From IMG/VR virus record IMGVR_UViG_2660238524_000003: a stretch of DNA of 40,665 nt; one strand, 5' to 3'. The stretch's first letter is position 1; every line of letters begins with the position of its first letter. A model generated the notes under the pieces. The model was not told where the DNA came from and did not search any database. It was given only the letters and a program-made list of their open reading frames with translations. Positions 20,604-29,721 of this stretch are shown here, one piece after another. A program made the translations under genes and the position numbers. Source of the DNA: a virus (taxonomy: Duplodnaviria > Heunggongvirae > Uroviricota > Caudoviricetes).

Positions 20604-21091
20604 AGCTCCGCAAACATTCGCGGTCGTCCCAGAATGTCAGAGATGGCCCAGCTCACATCGCGCCACAAATCCGATGTCTGTATATCCAGTGCGTCCGCCC
20701 GGCGGTCGCCCTTGTCCGTTGTGTCCGCATCGCGGTAACGCTCCAGAATCAGGGCGCGTGTGGCGGTATAAACAGCATTGCGCCAGTGCCAGAGATTGAC
20801 GCTTTCTCCGTTAATTACAGGGGCCGGAACATCGGCCAGCGTCTGATAGCCAGCCGCCTGTTGTTCCTGCTGCCATGCTTCCAGCTCGCGGGTAACGTGT
20901 GCTATGGCCCCGGTGGCGGTATGCAGCAGGCGGGAGGTGGTCACGCGGCCCGGCAGTCGTACCGCCAGACGCAGCTCGCGCAGCACAATATCCGGCCAGA
21001 ATGCACCCGCTGAAATACGGGTATCGCCATCATCGGTGTCGGTGATGTCGTCCTCTGCGGGGCCGGGGTTAGTTCTGGCAACCATACTCAT
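20597..21091 (-). CDS. head completion protein L
   Basis: C-terminal ...LWRDVSWAISDILGRPR... resembles P2 gpL; start at ATG 21091 with AGGAG RBS. Confidence 0.85.
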   Translation of the reverse strand: MSMVARTNPGPAEDDITDTDDGDTRISAGAFWPDIVLRELRLAVRLPGRVTTSRLLHTATGAIAHVTRELEAWQQEQQAAGYQTLADVPAPVINGESVNLWHWRNAVYTATRALILERYRDADTTDKGDRRADALDIQTSDLWRDVSWAISDILGRPRMFAELC

Positions 21092-21192
21092 GGGGTTCAC
21101 TCCTGAAAAAATCGGGCGGTGGGTGCGCGGTGTAAACGGTCACGGAGTCAAACCGGAACACCGCGCACGCCGCCCGCTGACGGGGTCAGTCG

Positions 21193-21993
21193 TTAACCGC
21201 GCTTTGCCTTCTGCGTCGCGGTGGTTTTTCGTGTTGCAGGCTTCCGCGTTGTCTTTTTACTTTTGCTGCTTTCGTCCTGCGCCTGCTGTGCGCTGGCGTC
21301 TTCTGGTTCGGCTGCGGAATCGGCTTTTTTCAGGGCGCGGGAAAGGGTTGCAATCTCGCGTTTCACACCTGCGTTCGGGTTCAGGTGCATCGCTTCGCGC
21401 AGCAGCTTCAGTGATGAGGCCATGTTGTCTGCATCGGTCAGGCCACGACGGGCAAAGGCACACGCCTTGCATAATTTGGCGCGCACTTCGTCCGGCATGT
21501 CCTGGTTGGCGATAATTTCCCAAAGTGTGTCCAGTGGTTCGATAAAGGCGGATAAATCCGCGTCGGCATCCGTCCCAGCCTGCGTCAGTACCGGGTTGCA
21601 GATTTCTTCGGTCAGTACCGTGGCAGCAGTACGGCCAAAGTTATCCGGCATGATGAGGTTGTGACGGACCACATATGCACCAATACGCAGCGCCAGCGGA
21701 AGATCGCCGCAGTCAATCGCCCACACCATCAGCGTGGCAATTACTTCGTCCTGTTGCCCGCCGTCAGCCTCCAGCGTTCCCTCAATCCAGCCGGAAAAGT
21801 CCGGCAACAACTCTTTTTTGATGGCGGCTTTCGCGCTTCTGGCCTGTATGGCCTTTAGCCTGGCCTGTGCCAGACGCAGACGATACAGCACCTCTTCATG
21901 CGCGGTACACGCGGCGTGGTCCACACCTTCATTCGCCCGGCCTGCGCGCTGTGCCATCACGTTCTGCCAGTGTTGTTGTGCAGGAGTAATCAT
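21193..21993 (-). CDS. terminase endonuclease (small) subunit M
   Basis: 266 aa, position and size as P2 gpM; GGAGAG RBS. Confidence 0.88.
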   Translation of the reverse strand: MITPAQQHWQNVMAQRAGRANEGVDHAACTAHEEVLYRLRLAQARLKAIQARSAKAAIKKELLPDFSGWIEGTLEADGGQQDEVIATLMVWAIDCGDLPLALRIGAYVVRHNLIMPDNFGRTAATVLTEEICNPVLTQAGTDADADLSAFIEPLDTLWEIIANQDMPDEVRAKLCKACAFARRGLTDADNMASSLKLLREAMHLNPNAGVKREIATLSRALKKADSAAEPEDASAQQAQDESSKSKKTTRKPATRKTTATQKAKRG

Positions 21994-22010
21994 TTTTTCT
22001 CTCCGTTACA

Positions 22011-22029
22011 GGCGGGCATGATGCCCGCC
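22011..22029 (-). terminator. stem-loop downstream of capsid gene
   Basis: ggcgggcat/atgcccgcc perfect hairpin between N stop and M start; no U tract, possibly an attenuator. Confidence 0.4.
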
Positions 22030-22038
22030 GTGAGTTGA

Positions 22039-23091
22039 TTAGCTGTCGGCGAACTTCAGGCCAGTGACCATCGCGCACTTGCCATAGTCTTCAACGACAT
22101 AAGCGTCATTGATGGACTGGTAGGTGGCGATGCGGTTGTATTCCGGCTCGTCTTTCATCAGGCGACGCATTGAACCTTTCTGCCAGTAAATCGACAGGTT
22201 GTTGAACGAGGTGATAAGCATCGTTGCATCCGGGAAGAACGGCGCAAGGAACACGCCCAGCCCGCCAATGGTGCGCGATGACAGGATGAGCTGCCCGGCA
22301 AGTAATTCCGCATTGGGATTCTGGCCGCTGATGCTGTTCAGCACGGGCAGACGCAGCGAGTTAAACAGGTTGCGCCCCATAATCACCGCGAGGTCGTCAG
22401 CTTCCTTGTGCCATTCATCCAGCAGGGATGAGCGCGCATCCTGTACCAGAGCATCGGCATTCGCATACTTACCCGCGTGCGCCACAGTGTTGTCCATGTT
22501 GCGGGAGGTCAGCGTCACGTCATTCATTACGCGCTCGCTGGCATCGGTTCTGATGTGCTCCAGCCAGCCCACGTTAACGTCCTGAAGCAGCTTGTTGGTG
22601 TGAAAATCAGACTCGTAGGCGTGGGATGTGCCGTTAAAGCCAATCATGATGCGATCAAGCGCTACCTGCCGGGCGATCTGTGTACTGATACGGGACTGAA
22701 AATCGCTGTGGGCCGCCCAGGTATCAAGCTGTGGGTACGAAATAAAGGTATCGTAGTTCACCTGTTCGCACTGGTACTGACGAGACTTCATATCGATCAC
22801 GTTATTCGGGTTACGGCGTTTGATGCCGTCATAACTGCTATTCGTGCGCGCAATTGGCCCGGTGGTGTCCAGGAGGATTTTTTCGCCTTTCTGGTCGGTC
22901 ACGCCGATCACGTTAATTCTTTTCGTAAATTCGGTACTTTCCTTTGAGGCGTTTTCAAAACGCTGCTGCACCGCGGGTTCCACGGTAAATCGCGATACCA
23001 GTGCAGATACCGGGATATTGTTAAGCGACGCCTGCTGCGCCATATAGCAACCCAGCTTGTTGCGGGTAATATCTGACATCACCAGATTCAT
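22039..23091 (-). CDS. major capsid protein N
   Basis: 350 aa, ...FTVEP...GVTD.KGEK... resembles P2 gpN; AAGGAG RBS. Confidence 0.92.
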   Translation of the reverse strand: MNLVMSDITRNKLGCYMAQQASLNNIPVSALVSRFTVEPAVQQRFENASKESTEFTKRINVIGVTDQKGEKILLDTTGPIARTNSSYDGIKRRNPNNVIDMKSRQYQCEQVNYDTFISYPQLDTWAAHSDFQSRISTQIARQVALDRIMIGFNGTSHAYESDFHTNKLLQDVNVGWLEHIRTDASERVMNDVTLTSRNMDNTVAHAGKYANADALVQDARSSLLDEWHKEADDLAVIMGRNLFNSLRLPVLNSISGQNPNAELLAGQLILSSRTIGGLGVFLAPFFPDATMLITSFNNLSIYWQKGSMRRLMKDEPEYNRIATYQSINDAYVVEDYGKCAMVTGLKFADS

Positions 23092-23114
23092 AAAAAATTT
23101 GCTCCTTTGTCTTA

Positions 23115-23951
23115 TCAGAAGTCAGCCAGCTGGTCGGAGGCTGCGCCCGTTGCGGTGAAGCGGTTCTGCGGATCGCCGTCCTGCGTGCGCAGTTTTTCCT
23201 TCAATGCTGTCAGCTCTGTGGTCAGTGACGTGATTTTCTGGCGGTCCTGCTGATGGCGGGTTTCCAGCACATTAAAACGGTCGATAATGTCGGCCTGTGA
23301 CGTTGCAACGCCTTCCACCGCTTCCTGAATTCGGGAGAAACTGGCGTCATCCGCTTTGCGGCCACGACCAATAATCCCCATTACGCGGTTAAACCACTGG
23401 GTGCCTTCTTCCTGGCGTTGTTCTGCCATTTCGATGATTTCAGACTCGATGGCTTCGGAGATAAGCGGTGCTTCACCCTGGATACTGTTGAACGTCATCA
23501 CCGCCTGACGTTGCTGTGCCGTGAATTTCAGGCGCTCAGTGCCCAGGCTTGCCGGGGTGTCGGTCATCGCCAGCCCGACCAGATAGGCGCGCCCGTTAAC
23601 GGAGAACTGCGGGTGCAGTTCGATACTGGAATAGATTTTCTTGCCGTCAGCGACAAGCTGCTTCATGCGCTCGGTCGGTTCGATTTCTGCATACAGCGCA
23701 GTACGTCCGGCCAGCGGACCTTCCGTAATGTCTTCCGTACTCAGTGCGGTGACATCGCCCATTGCGGAAAATTCGCTTGACGGACATGGCGAGAGATAGT
23801 GCTCAACGTTCACGCGGGCAGCGTAAACATCCGGGTTGAAGTTCTCGGCGGCTTCACGCAGATGCACCGGACTGATTTCACGGCCATCAACAGTTGATCC
23901 GGAGACAGCCACGCGAAACTTTTTGCGGGATGTCTTTTTTTCATTAGCCAT
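23115..23951 (-). CDS. capsid scaffolding protein O
   Basis: MANEKKTSRKKFRVAVSG... resembles P2 gpO; start at ATG 23951 with GAGGGG RBS. Confidence 0.88.
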   Translation of the reverse strand: MANEKKTSRKKFRVAVSGSTVDGREISPVHLREAAENFNPDVYAARVNVEHYLSPCPSSEFSAMGDVTALSTEDITEGPLAGRTALYAEIEPTERMKQLVADGKKIYSSIELHPQFSVNGRAYLVGLAMTDTPASLGTERLKFTAQQRQAVMTFNSIQGEAPLISEAIESEIIEMAEQRQEEGTQWFNRVMGIIGRGRKADDASFSRIQEAVEGVATSQADIIDRFNVLETRHQQDRQKITSLTTELTALKEKLRTQDGDPQNRFTATGAASDQLADF

Positions 23952-24105
23952 AGTTTTTGCCCCTCTGACTGGTTCTTCAGTCATGATGGCAAAGCGTAAC
24001 AGGCTGATACAAAGGGCTTTTGTTGTAAGAAAACAGTCAGAACAGAGGGTTAAGGAGAACAGTTTCGCGCGCGGGTAATCTTCCTGTAATTACTCAGGGG
24101 GAGCA
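23952..24105. promoter_or_regulatory. divergent late promoter region between O and P
   Basis: Inferred from synteny with P2 PO/PP; only partial TGT-N12-ACA-like dyads seen. Confidence 0.35.
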
Positions 24106-25857
24106 ATGATTCAGGACGCTTTTGTGCGCCAGCGTGCGCGGCAACTTTACTGGCAGGGTTATCCGCCCGCAGAAATATCACGTCTGATGGGAATAAACCC
24201 GAACACGATTTATGCGTGGAAAAAACGTGACCAGTGGGATGAAACGCCACCCGTGCAGCGTGTCACGCAGTCCATCGATGCGCGCCTCATCCAGCTTACT
24301 GAAAAACAGAATAAAACAGGCGGTGACTTTAAGGAAATAGACCTGCTGACCCGGCAGCTTAAAAAGCTGCATGATGGCCAGCCGGATGTGATGGCCGCAG
24401 GAAAGAAAGGCCGGGCGAAAAAACTCAAAAATCATTTCACGCCGGAACAGATTGCCGCACTGCGGGAAAAAATCATCAGCAGGCTGGAGTGGCATCAGCG
24501 GGGCTGGTTTGACTCCCTGACCCTTTGCAGGGAAGCCGGGATACGTAACAGGATGATCCTGAAATCCCGACAGATTGGGGCGACCTGGTATTTTGCACAG
24601 GAAGCACTGCTGATGGCGCTGCGTGACGATGTGGCGCAACCTTACCAGCGTAACCAGATTTTTTTGTCTGCGTCGCGTCGTCAGGCGTTCCAGTTTAAAA
24701 GCATTATTCAGAAGGCCGCGGCTGAAGTTGATGTGGAGCTGAAAGGGGGCGATAAAATCATCCTCTCCAACGGCGCAGAGCTGCATTTTCTCGGCACTTC
24801 TGCTGCGTCGGCACAGTCCTATACGGGCAATTTTTATTTTGATGAATTTTTCTGGGTCAGTCGCTTTGCTGAACTGCGCAAGGTGGCTGGCGCTATGGCA
24901 ACCCTCAGCGGACTGCGGCGCACCTACTTCTCCACGCCATCCACCGAAACGCACGAGGCATACGCCTACTGGAACGGCGACCGCTGGAACGAGAAAAAGG
25001 CCTCGCATAAACGCCAGCGTTTTTCTGTGGACTGGAAAACGCTGCATAATGGGCTTATCTGCCCTGACCGGACGTGGCGGCAAATTGTCACGCTGGAAGA
25101 TGTGGTTAATCACGGCTGGAAACACACCGATATCGACGAAATTCGTGATGAAAACACCGAAGACGAGTTCCTCAATCTCTATATGTGTGAGTTTGTCCGC
25201 GAAGGGGAATCGGCATTTAACCTGAATATCCTGATTGGCTGCGGTGTTGACGGATACGACGACTGGAAAGACTGGAAACCTTTTGCTCCCCGCCCGATGG
25301 GGAATCGTCCGGTATGGATTGGGTATGACGCAAACGGCAGTAGTGGCAACGGCGACAGCGGCGCTGTGTCCGTGGTGGTTCCTCCGGCTGTTCCTGGCGG
25401 CCGTTTTCGAACGGTGGAGACGCGACGCGTTCAGGGGCTGGAGTTTGAAGAACAGGCCAGAGTCATTGAAGAGTTCACGTGTCGCTACAACGTGGAACAC
25501 ATCGGCATTGATGTGACGGGCGGGAACGGGGAGGCTGTTTATCAGATAGTGAAGCGGTTTTTCCCTGCTGCTATTCCGTACACCTTCACGCTGTCATCAA
25601 AACGGTCGCTGGTACTGAAAATGCTGCAAATAATGCGTGCCGGGCGGTGGGAATACGATCGCGCCGAACGCGAGCTGGTCGCGGCCTTTAACGCCGTGCG
25701 TAAGGTGAAAACACCGGGCGGCTTTATCACTTACGAAACGGACCGCGCGAGGGGGATCAGCCACGGCGACCTTGCGTGGGCAACCATGCTTGCTGTCATT
25801 AACGAACCAATTGGCGGCGAAGGAGAAAACGAGCGTTTCATGGTTATGGAGTTCTGA
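24106..25857 (+). CDS. terminase ATPase (large) subunit P
   Basis: 583 aa, size and position as P2 gpP. Confidence 0.93.
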   Translation: MIQDAFVRQRARQLYWQGYPPAEISRLMGINPNTIYAWKKRDQWDETPPVQRVTQSIDARLIQLTEKQNKTGGDFKEIDLLTRQLKKLHDGQPDVMAAGKKGRAKKLKNHFTPEQIAALREKIISRLEWHQRGWFDSLTLCREAGIRNRMILKSRQIGATWYFAQEALLMALRDDVAQPYQRNQIFLSASRRQAFQFKSIIQKAAAEVDVELKGGDKIILSNGAELHFLGTSAASAQSYTGNFYFDEFFWVSRFAELRKVAGAMATLSGLRRTYFSTPSTETHEAYAYWNGDRWNEKKASHKRQRFSVDWKTLHNGLICPDRTWRQIVTLEDVVNHGWKHTDIDEIRDENTEDEFLNLYMCEFVREGESAFNLNILIGCGVDGYDDWKDWKPFAPRPMGNRPVWIGYDANGSSGNGDSGAVSVVVPPAVPGGRFRTVETRRVQGLEFEEQARVIEEFTCRYNVEHIGIDVTGGNGEAVYQIVKRFFPAAIPYTFTLSSKRSLVLKMLQIMRAGRWEYDRAERELVAAFNAVRKVKTPGGFITYETDRARGISHGDLAWATMLAVINEPIGGEGENERFMVMEF

Positions 25858-26903
25858 TGAGCAGAAAAAATAAAAAAGTGCGCATGAGTTCACGCATTGA
25901 TCTCGCTGATGCGCTCAGGAAAGAATCATCGCTCAGTGCATTCACATTTGATGGTCCTTATCGCCTGACCGGGCATGACCTGCTGGACAATATGTACTGT
26001 GCTGATAACGGGCGGTGGTATGAAACCCCGGTGGACTGGTACGGTCTGGCAAGAGCAGCCCGGCAAACGTCCTGGCATCAGTCTGCGCTTTACTTTAAGC
26101 GCAATGTATTACTCGGTTGCTACATCCCGCACCCGCTGCTTTCCCGGCAGGATTTCTCGGCGCTGGCGCTGGACTGGTTTGTGTTCGGTAACGCATTCCT
26201 TGAGCTTCGAAGCAATATGCTCGGCGAACCGCTTAAATTACGGCACGCCCTGGCGAAATACATGCGACGCGGAAGCGATCTTGAATCATGGTGGTATGTG
26301 CAGGATGGCAAGGACGCGTTTCAGTTTCGTCCTGGCAAAGTGTGCCACCTGATGAATCCGGATATTAACCAGGAAATCTACGGCATGCCGGAATATCTTG
26401 GCGCATTACTCTCGGCCAGCCTTTCTCATTCGGCGGACATGTTCAGAAAACTGTACTACGACAACGGATCCCACGCCGGGTGCATCATCTACATCGGTGC
26501 AGCGCAGGTAAACCGCGAAAGCATGGACTCCCTGAAAGAAACGCTACAGGGGGCACGTGGTGGTGGTGCGTTTAAAAACGTGCTCATTCATGCGCCCAAC
26601 GGGGGCAAAGAGGGGGTGCAAATTTTGCCGTTCCAGCAGATCACCGCAAAAGATGAATTCATGAATGTTAAGGCGGCATCCCGTGATGATGTGCTGGCTG
26701 CGCACCGCGTTCCGCCGCAACTGATGGGGGCGATGCCGGGCGAAAAAAGTGCGTTTGGCGATGTGGAGAAGGCAGCGCGGGTTTACGCAATTAACGAGCT
26801 GATGCCCGTTATGGAGGCTATGAAGCACATCAATGACTGGCTTGGCGAAGAGGTGATCCGTTTTAACTCTTATGCTCTTCTTGATGAAAAAACAGCCCCG
26901 TGA
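25857..26903 (+). CDS. portal protein Q
   Basis: 348 aa, size and position as P2 gpQ; TGATG overlap with P. Confidence 0.93.
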   Translation: MSRKNKKVRMSSRIDLADALRKESSLSAFTFDGPYRLTGHDLLDNMYCADNGRWYETPVDWYGLARAARQTSWHQSALYFKRNVLLGCYIPHPLLSRQDFSALALDWFVFGNAFLELRSNMLGEPLKLRHALAKYMRRGSDLESWWYVQDGKDAFQFRPGKVCHLMNPDINQEIYGMPEYLGALLSASLSHSADMFRKLYYDNGSHAGCIIYIGAAQVNRESMDSLKETLQGARGGGAFKNVLIHAPNGGKEGVQILPFQQITAKDEFMNVKAASRDDVLAAHRVPPQLMGAMPGEKSAFGDVEKAARVYAINELMPVMEAMKHINDWLGEEVIRFNSYALLDEKTAP

Positions 26904-26917
26904 TGGGGCTGTCCTTT

Positions 26918-27442
26918 TTACCAGAGTTGAACCATTTTCTGGGTGCCGTCAGGCTTGAGATTATCAATTTCAGAGAGAACGTAATATTGAATGGCTTCAC
27001 AAACGGTGGTGTAGGGTGAATTACCTTCTTTAAGTGGCACGATATTATTATTAACGCGAACCTGTATTTCATCGTTATACATTGCGATCGAAACAGGAGT
27101 GTGCACGAACGCGACTTCGCCAGGTGTGTCGTCAACCACCGTTTCAATACTAAAAGTCAGTTTTCGCTCATCATTGCTGCCCCGTGCTTTGGGGGTAGCG
27201 GCAGGGATCTGGGATAAAGGCATTCTGCGAAATCCTTCGGCTGCTTCCAGTCCGCATGAAACGTAATGCTGGCGATTACCGTCGCTATCTGTCCAGGTCT
27301 GTGATGGCAGCTCCAGCGAGATTTCATAAGCATCAACAATGCCCTGGGCAAGGCGTACAAGCGGGGTCAGATCTTCATTGCGGCGAAAGCTCTCCTTTAC
27401 CTGCTCCCGTTTTTCTCTTAACTGCTTGTAATTAATGACCAT
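26918..27442 (-). CDS. hypothetical protein (cargo between portal gene and cos-like region)
   Basis: 174 aa from ATG 27442 with GGAGG RBS 8 nt upstream; no family recognised. Confidence 0.6.
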   Translation of the reverse strand: MVINYKQLREKREQVKESFRRNEDLTPLVRLAQGIVDAYEISLELPSQTWTDSDGNRQHYVSCGLEAAEGFRRMPLSQIPAATPKARGSNDERKLTFSIETVVDDTPGEVAFVHTPVSIAMYNDEIQVRVNNNIVPLKEGNSPYTTVCEAIQYYVLSEIDNLKPDGTQKMVQLW

Positions 27443-27817
27443 AAGACAGCCTCCATTGATTTCTTTGCTCGTATTTTGCACTTATGAAGTATGGTCGGCA
27501 AGGTGCCGTATCGCTGACGCGCTTCGCTTGTCTGCTGCTTCGCCGGGGCATAAAAAATTTATGCCCCGGCTCTCCAGCTCCTGTATCAATCAGATAATTT
27601 CACGACGCCTTCCAGTTTATCGCCACCATCGACGGTCAGACTCTTACGCAATTCCACCGCGTTGACTGCATGTTCTCGCTGCCTCAGTGCGATTTTGACG
27701 GCCTTACCTTTCACCCCATCAAATCAAAAGCCCTCACGCCTTTTTCATGCTCAGCGTGAGAAATATGGCCATTCTGTTGTGTCTCTGCGACATCGTTCAG
27801 GGAATGCTATTTACCCC

Positions 27818-27835
27818 CTGAAACGCGGGCTGTTC
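27818..27835 (-). other. candidate cos-like sequence
   Basis: - strand GGTGACGGGGGAACAGCC loosely resembles the P2 cohesive end as recalled (GGCGAGGCGGGGAAAGCAC). Confidence 0.2.
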
Positions 27836-27941
27836 CCCCGTCACCTGCGCGCAGAAAAAGCGCGTTTTTTTGTGCACGCACGGATCCTTGACGGATCCAG
27901 CCGCCATGCGGGCCGGAAGGGTAAAAAGTCGTTCAAAAAAA

Positions 27942-27968
27942 TTGTGCAAATTTGTGCACTTTTGTGCA
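27942..27968 (+). repeat. three tandem 10-bp TTGTGCA repeats
   Basis: TTGTGCA at 27942, 27952 and 27962 (exact 10-bp phasing), just upstream of a TTGACC -35-like element. Confidence 0.7.
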
Positions 27969-27988
27969 GGTAAGCATGCCTATATATT

Positions 27989-28020
27989 TGACCGTGGCTT
28001 GCCTTTGATGTAGTTTATAC
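27989..28020 (+). promoter_or_regulatory. candidate promoter of cargo locus
   Basis: TTGACC followed ~17 nt later by TAGTTT/TATAC. Confidence 0.3.
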
Positions 28021-28068
28021 GTCACAAAAACCACAAAACGTGGTTATGATTTCTATGAGGGGGTTGAT

Positions 28069-28104
28069 ATGAAAAAAATGTATGATGAATTTGATGGTTT
28101 CTAA
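28069..28104 (+). CDS. 11-codon leader micro-ORF (MKKMYDEFDGF)
   Basis: GAGGGG RBS 6 nt upstream; followed 20 nt later by a strong terminator. Confidence 0.3.
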   Translation: MKKMYDEFDGF

Positions 28105-28123
28105 GCTACGTTGACCTCTAATG

Positions 28124-28151
28124 AGGCGGGGATTTGCTCCCCGCCTTTTTT
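28124..28151 (+). terminator. rho-independent terminator upstream of cargo gene
   Basis: gaggcgggga/tccccgcc 8-bp GC stem followed by T6. Confidence 0.7.
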
Positions 28152-28165
28152 ATGGATGAAATAGG

Positions 28166-28663
28166 ATGAACCCAATAACACTACAAATCATCAGCAATGC
28201 TATTGTTCTGCTTGGCGTTTTGGTTGCCATTGGAACCATTATCTACAATGTGCGTACCGCAAAAAAAACTCAAACGGCCAACTTTCTTTTTGAGAGTCGG
28301 CAAGATATGCAATATATAGAGTCATTGCATACCCTGAAACAAGTGCATCGTTCAGGCAAATCATTTCGTTCTTATGTTTTTCCTTGTGATGGTTGCATAA
28401 TAACAGATGAAGAAATGGCCGAGCGTCGAAAATTTCAATATATTTTAAATTTTTACGAGCGAGTTGCTGTAAGTATTCGTGAAGGTATTTATGATGAAAA
28501 AATGATAAAAAGAACATCTTACACAACAGTTGTAGAGACATATGATATTGCCGAGCCATTAATTAAAGCAATCAGAGAAAGCATTAATTCGGATACTACA
28601 TATCAAGAATTCGAATGGTTAGTAAGAAGATGGAAAGCTAATCCTTTACGGAAAAACAAATAA
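28166..28663 (+). CDS. membrane-anchored hypothetical protein (cargo gene 1)
   Basis: 165 aa; N-terminal TM helix (ITLQIISNAIVLLGVLVAIGTIIY) then a charged domain; AT-rich codon usage unlike the phage core. Confidence 0.7.
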   Translation: MNPITLQIISNAIVLLGVLVAIGTIIYNVRTAKKTQTANFLFESRQDMQYIESLHTLKQVHRSGKSFRSYVFPCDGCIITDEEMAERRKFQYILNFYERVAVSIREGIYDEKMIKRTSYTTVVETYDIAEPLIKAIRESINSDTTYQEFEWLVRRWKANPLRKNK

Positions 28664-28874
28664 TGTTTTACCCTTTAATTTACAAGTAACACAGGGGGAA
28701 GTGTGACACAGAATCCGTTTTCATTTTATGACTTTTTGGGCTATCTAATTCCAGGTGGGTTATTCCTGTTTATCCTTTTTTTGTTTTCTATTGAAATTAA
28801 CCCTGTTTATATAGAAGGTATTCTTAACCATATCCTGAAATATAAAGAAATAATAAGTGTATTTATATATGTGG

Positions 28875-28882
28875 TATTAATC
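28875..28882. repeat. IS1 target-site duplication (left copy)
   Basis: TATTAATC immediately left of the IS1 end. Confidence 0.85.
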
Positions 28883-28897
28883 GGTAATGACTCCAAC

Positions 28898-29401
28898 TTA
28901 CTGATAGTGTTTTATGTTCAGATAATGCCCGATGACCTTGTCATGCAGCTCCACCGATTTTGAGAACGACAGTGACTTCCGTCCCAGCCTTGCCAGATGT
29001 TGTCTCAGATTCAGGTTATGCCGCTCAATTCGCTGAGTGTAACGCTTGCTGATTACGTGCAGCTTTCCCTTCAGGCGGGATTCATACAGCGGCCAGCCAT
29101 CCGTCATCCATACCACGACCTCAAAGGCCGACAGCAGGCTTAGAAGACGCTCCAGTGTGGCCAGAGTGCGTTCACCGAATACGTGCGCAACAACCGTCTT
29201 CCGGAGCCTGTCATACGCGTAAAACAGCCAGCGCTGGCGCGATTTAGCCCCGACGTATCCCCACTGTTCGTCCATTTCCGCGCAGACGATGACGTCACTG
29301 CCCGGCTGTATGCGCGAGGTTACCGACTGCGGCCTGAGTTTTTTAAATGGCGGAAAATCGTGTTGAGGCCAACGCCCATAATGCGGGCGGTTGCCCGGCA
29401 T
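28898..29401 (-). CDS. insB: IS1 transposase InsB
   Basis: 167-aa ORF recognised as IS1 InsB; made as an InsAB' frameshift fusion. Confidence 0.9.
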   Translation of the reverse strand: MPGNRPHYGRWPQHDFPPFKKLRPQSVTSRIQPGSDVIVCAEMDEQWGYVGAKSRQRWLFYAYDRLRKTVVAHVFGERTLATLERLLSLLSAFEVVVWMTDGWPLYESRLKGKLHVISKRYTQRIERHNLNLRQHLARLGRKSLSFSKSVELHDKVIGHYLNIKHYQ

Positions 29402-29595
29402 CCAACGCCATTCATGGCCATATCAATGATTTTCTGGTGCGTACCGGGTTGAGAAGCGGTGTAAGTGAACTGCAGTTGCCATGTTTTACGGCAGTGAGAG
29501 CAGAGATAGCGCTGATGTCCGGCGGTGCTTTTGCCGTTACGCACCACCCCGTCAGTAGCTGAACAGGAGGGACAGCTGATAGAAACAGAAGCCAC
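29320..29595 (-). CDS. insA: IS1 InsA
   Basis: 91-aa ORF ([23 protein letters not shown]...) recognised as IS1 InsA. Confidence 0.9.
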   Translation of the reverse strand: MASVSISCPSCSATDGVVRNGKSTAGHQRYLCSHCRKTWQLQFTYTASQPGTHQKIIDMAMNGVGCRATARIMGVGLNTIFRHLKNSGRSR

Positions 29596-29650
29596 TGGAG
29601 CACCTCAAAAACACCATCATACACTAAATCAGTAAGTTGGCAGCATCACC

Positions 29651-29658
29651 TATTAATC
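29651..29658. repeat. IS1 target-site duplication (right copy)
   Basis: TATTAATC immediately right of the IS1 end. Confidence 0.85.
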
Positions 29659-29721
29659 GTTCTATCATATATTTCAGGTCACTTCATATCTATTCTATCA
29701 TCCTGTTTAATTGAAAAATAC

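Larger units (their letters stand above)
28883..29650 (-). mobile_element. IS1 insertion sequence (768 bp)
   Basis: Ends ggtaatgactccaacttactgat and atcagtaagttggcagcatcacc match the IS1 inverted repeats; carries InsA and InsB ORFs. Confidence 0.95.

Noticed and set aside
20395-20613. Long version of the holin ORF (track 20071-20613)
   Set aside because: The upstream part overlaps the gpX gene in another frame; the GTG at 20394 with RBS gives a holin-sized product.
20531-21664. + strand ORFs of 160, 203 and 147 aa antisense to L and M
   Set aside because: Overlap confidently assigned head genes on the opposite strand; Arg/Ser-rich composition.
24178-25500. 440-aa ORF antisense to terminase gene P
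   Set aside because: Entirely within a well-supported conserved gene on the other strand; no RBS.
28117-28145. GAGGCGGGGA, a 10-nt match to the recalled P2 cohesive-end sequence
   Set aside because: It forms the left arm of a perfect terminator hairpin followed by T6, so it is more simply a terminator; similarity to cos ends after 10 nt.
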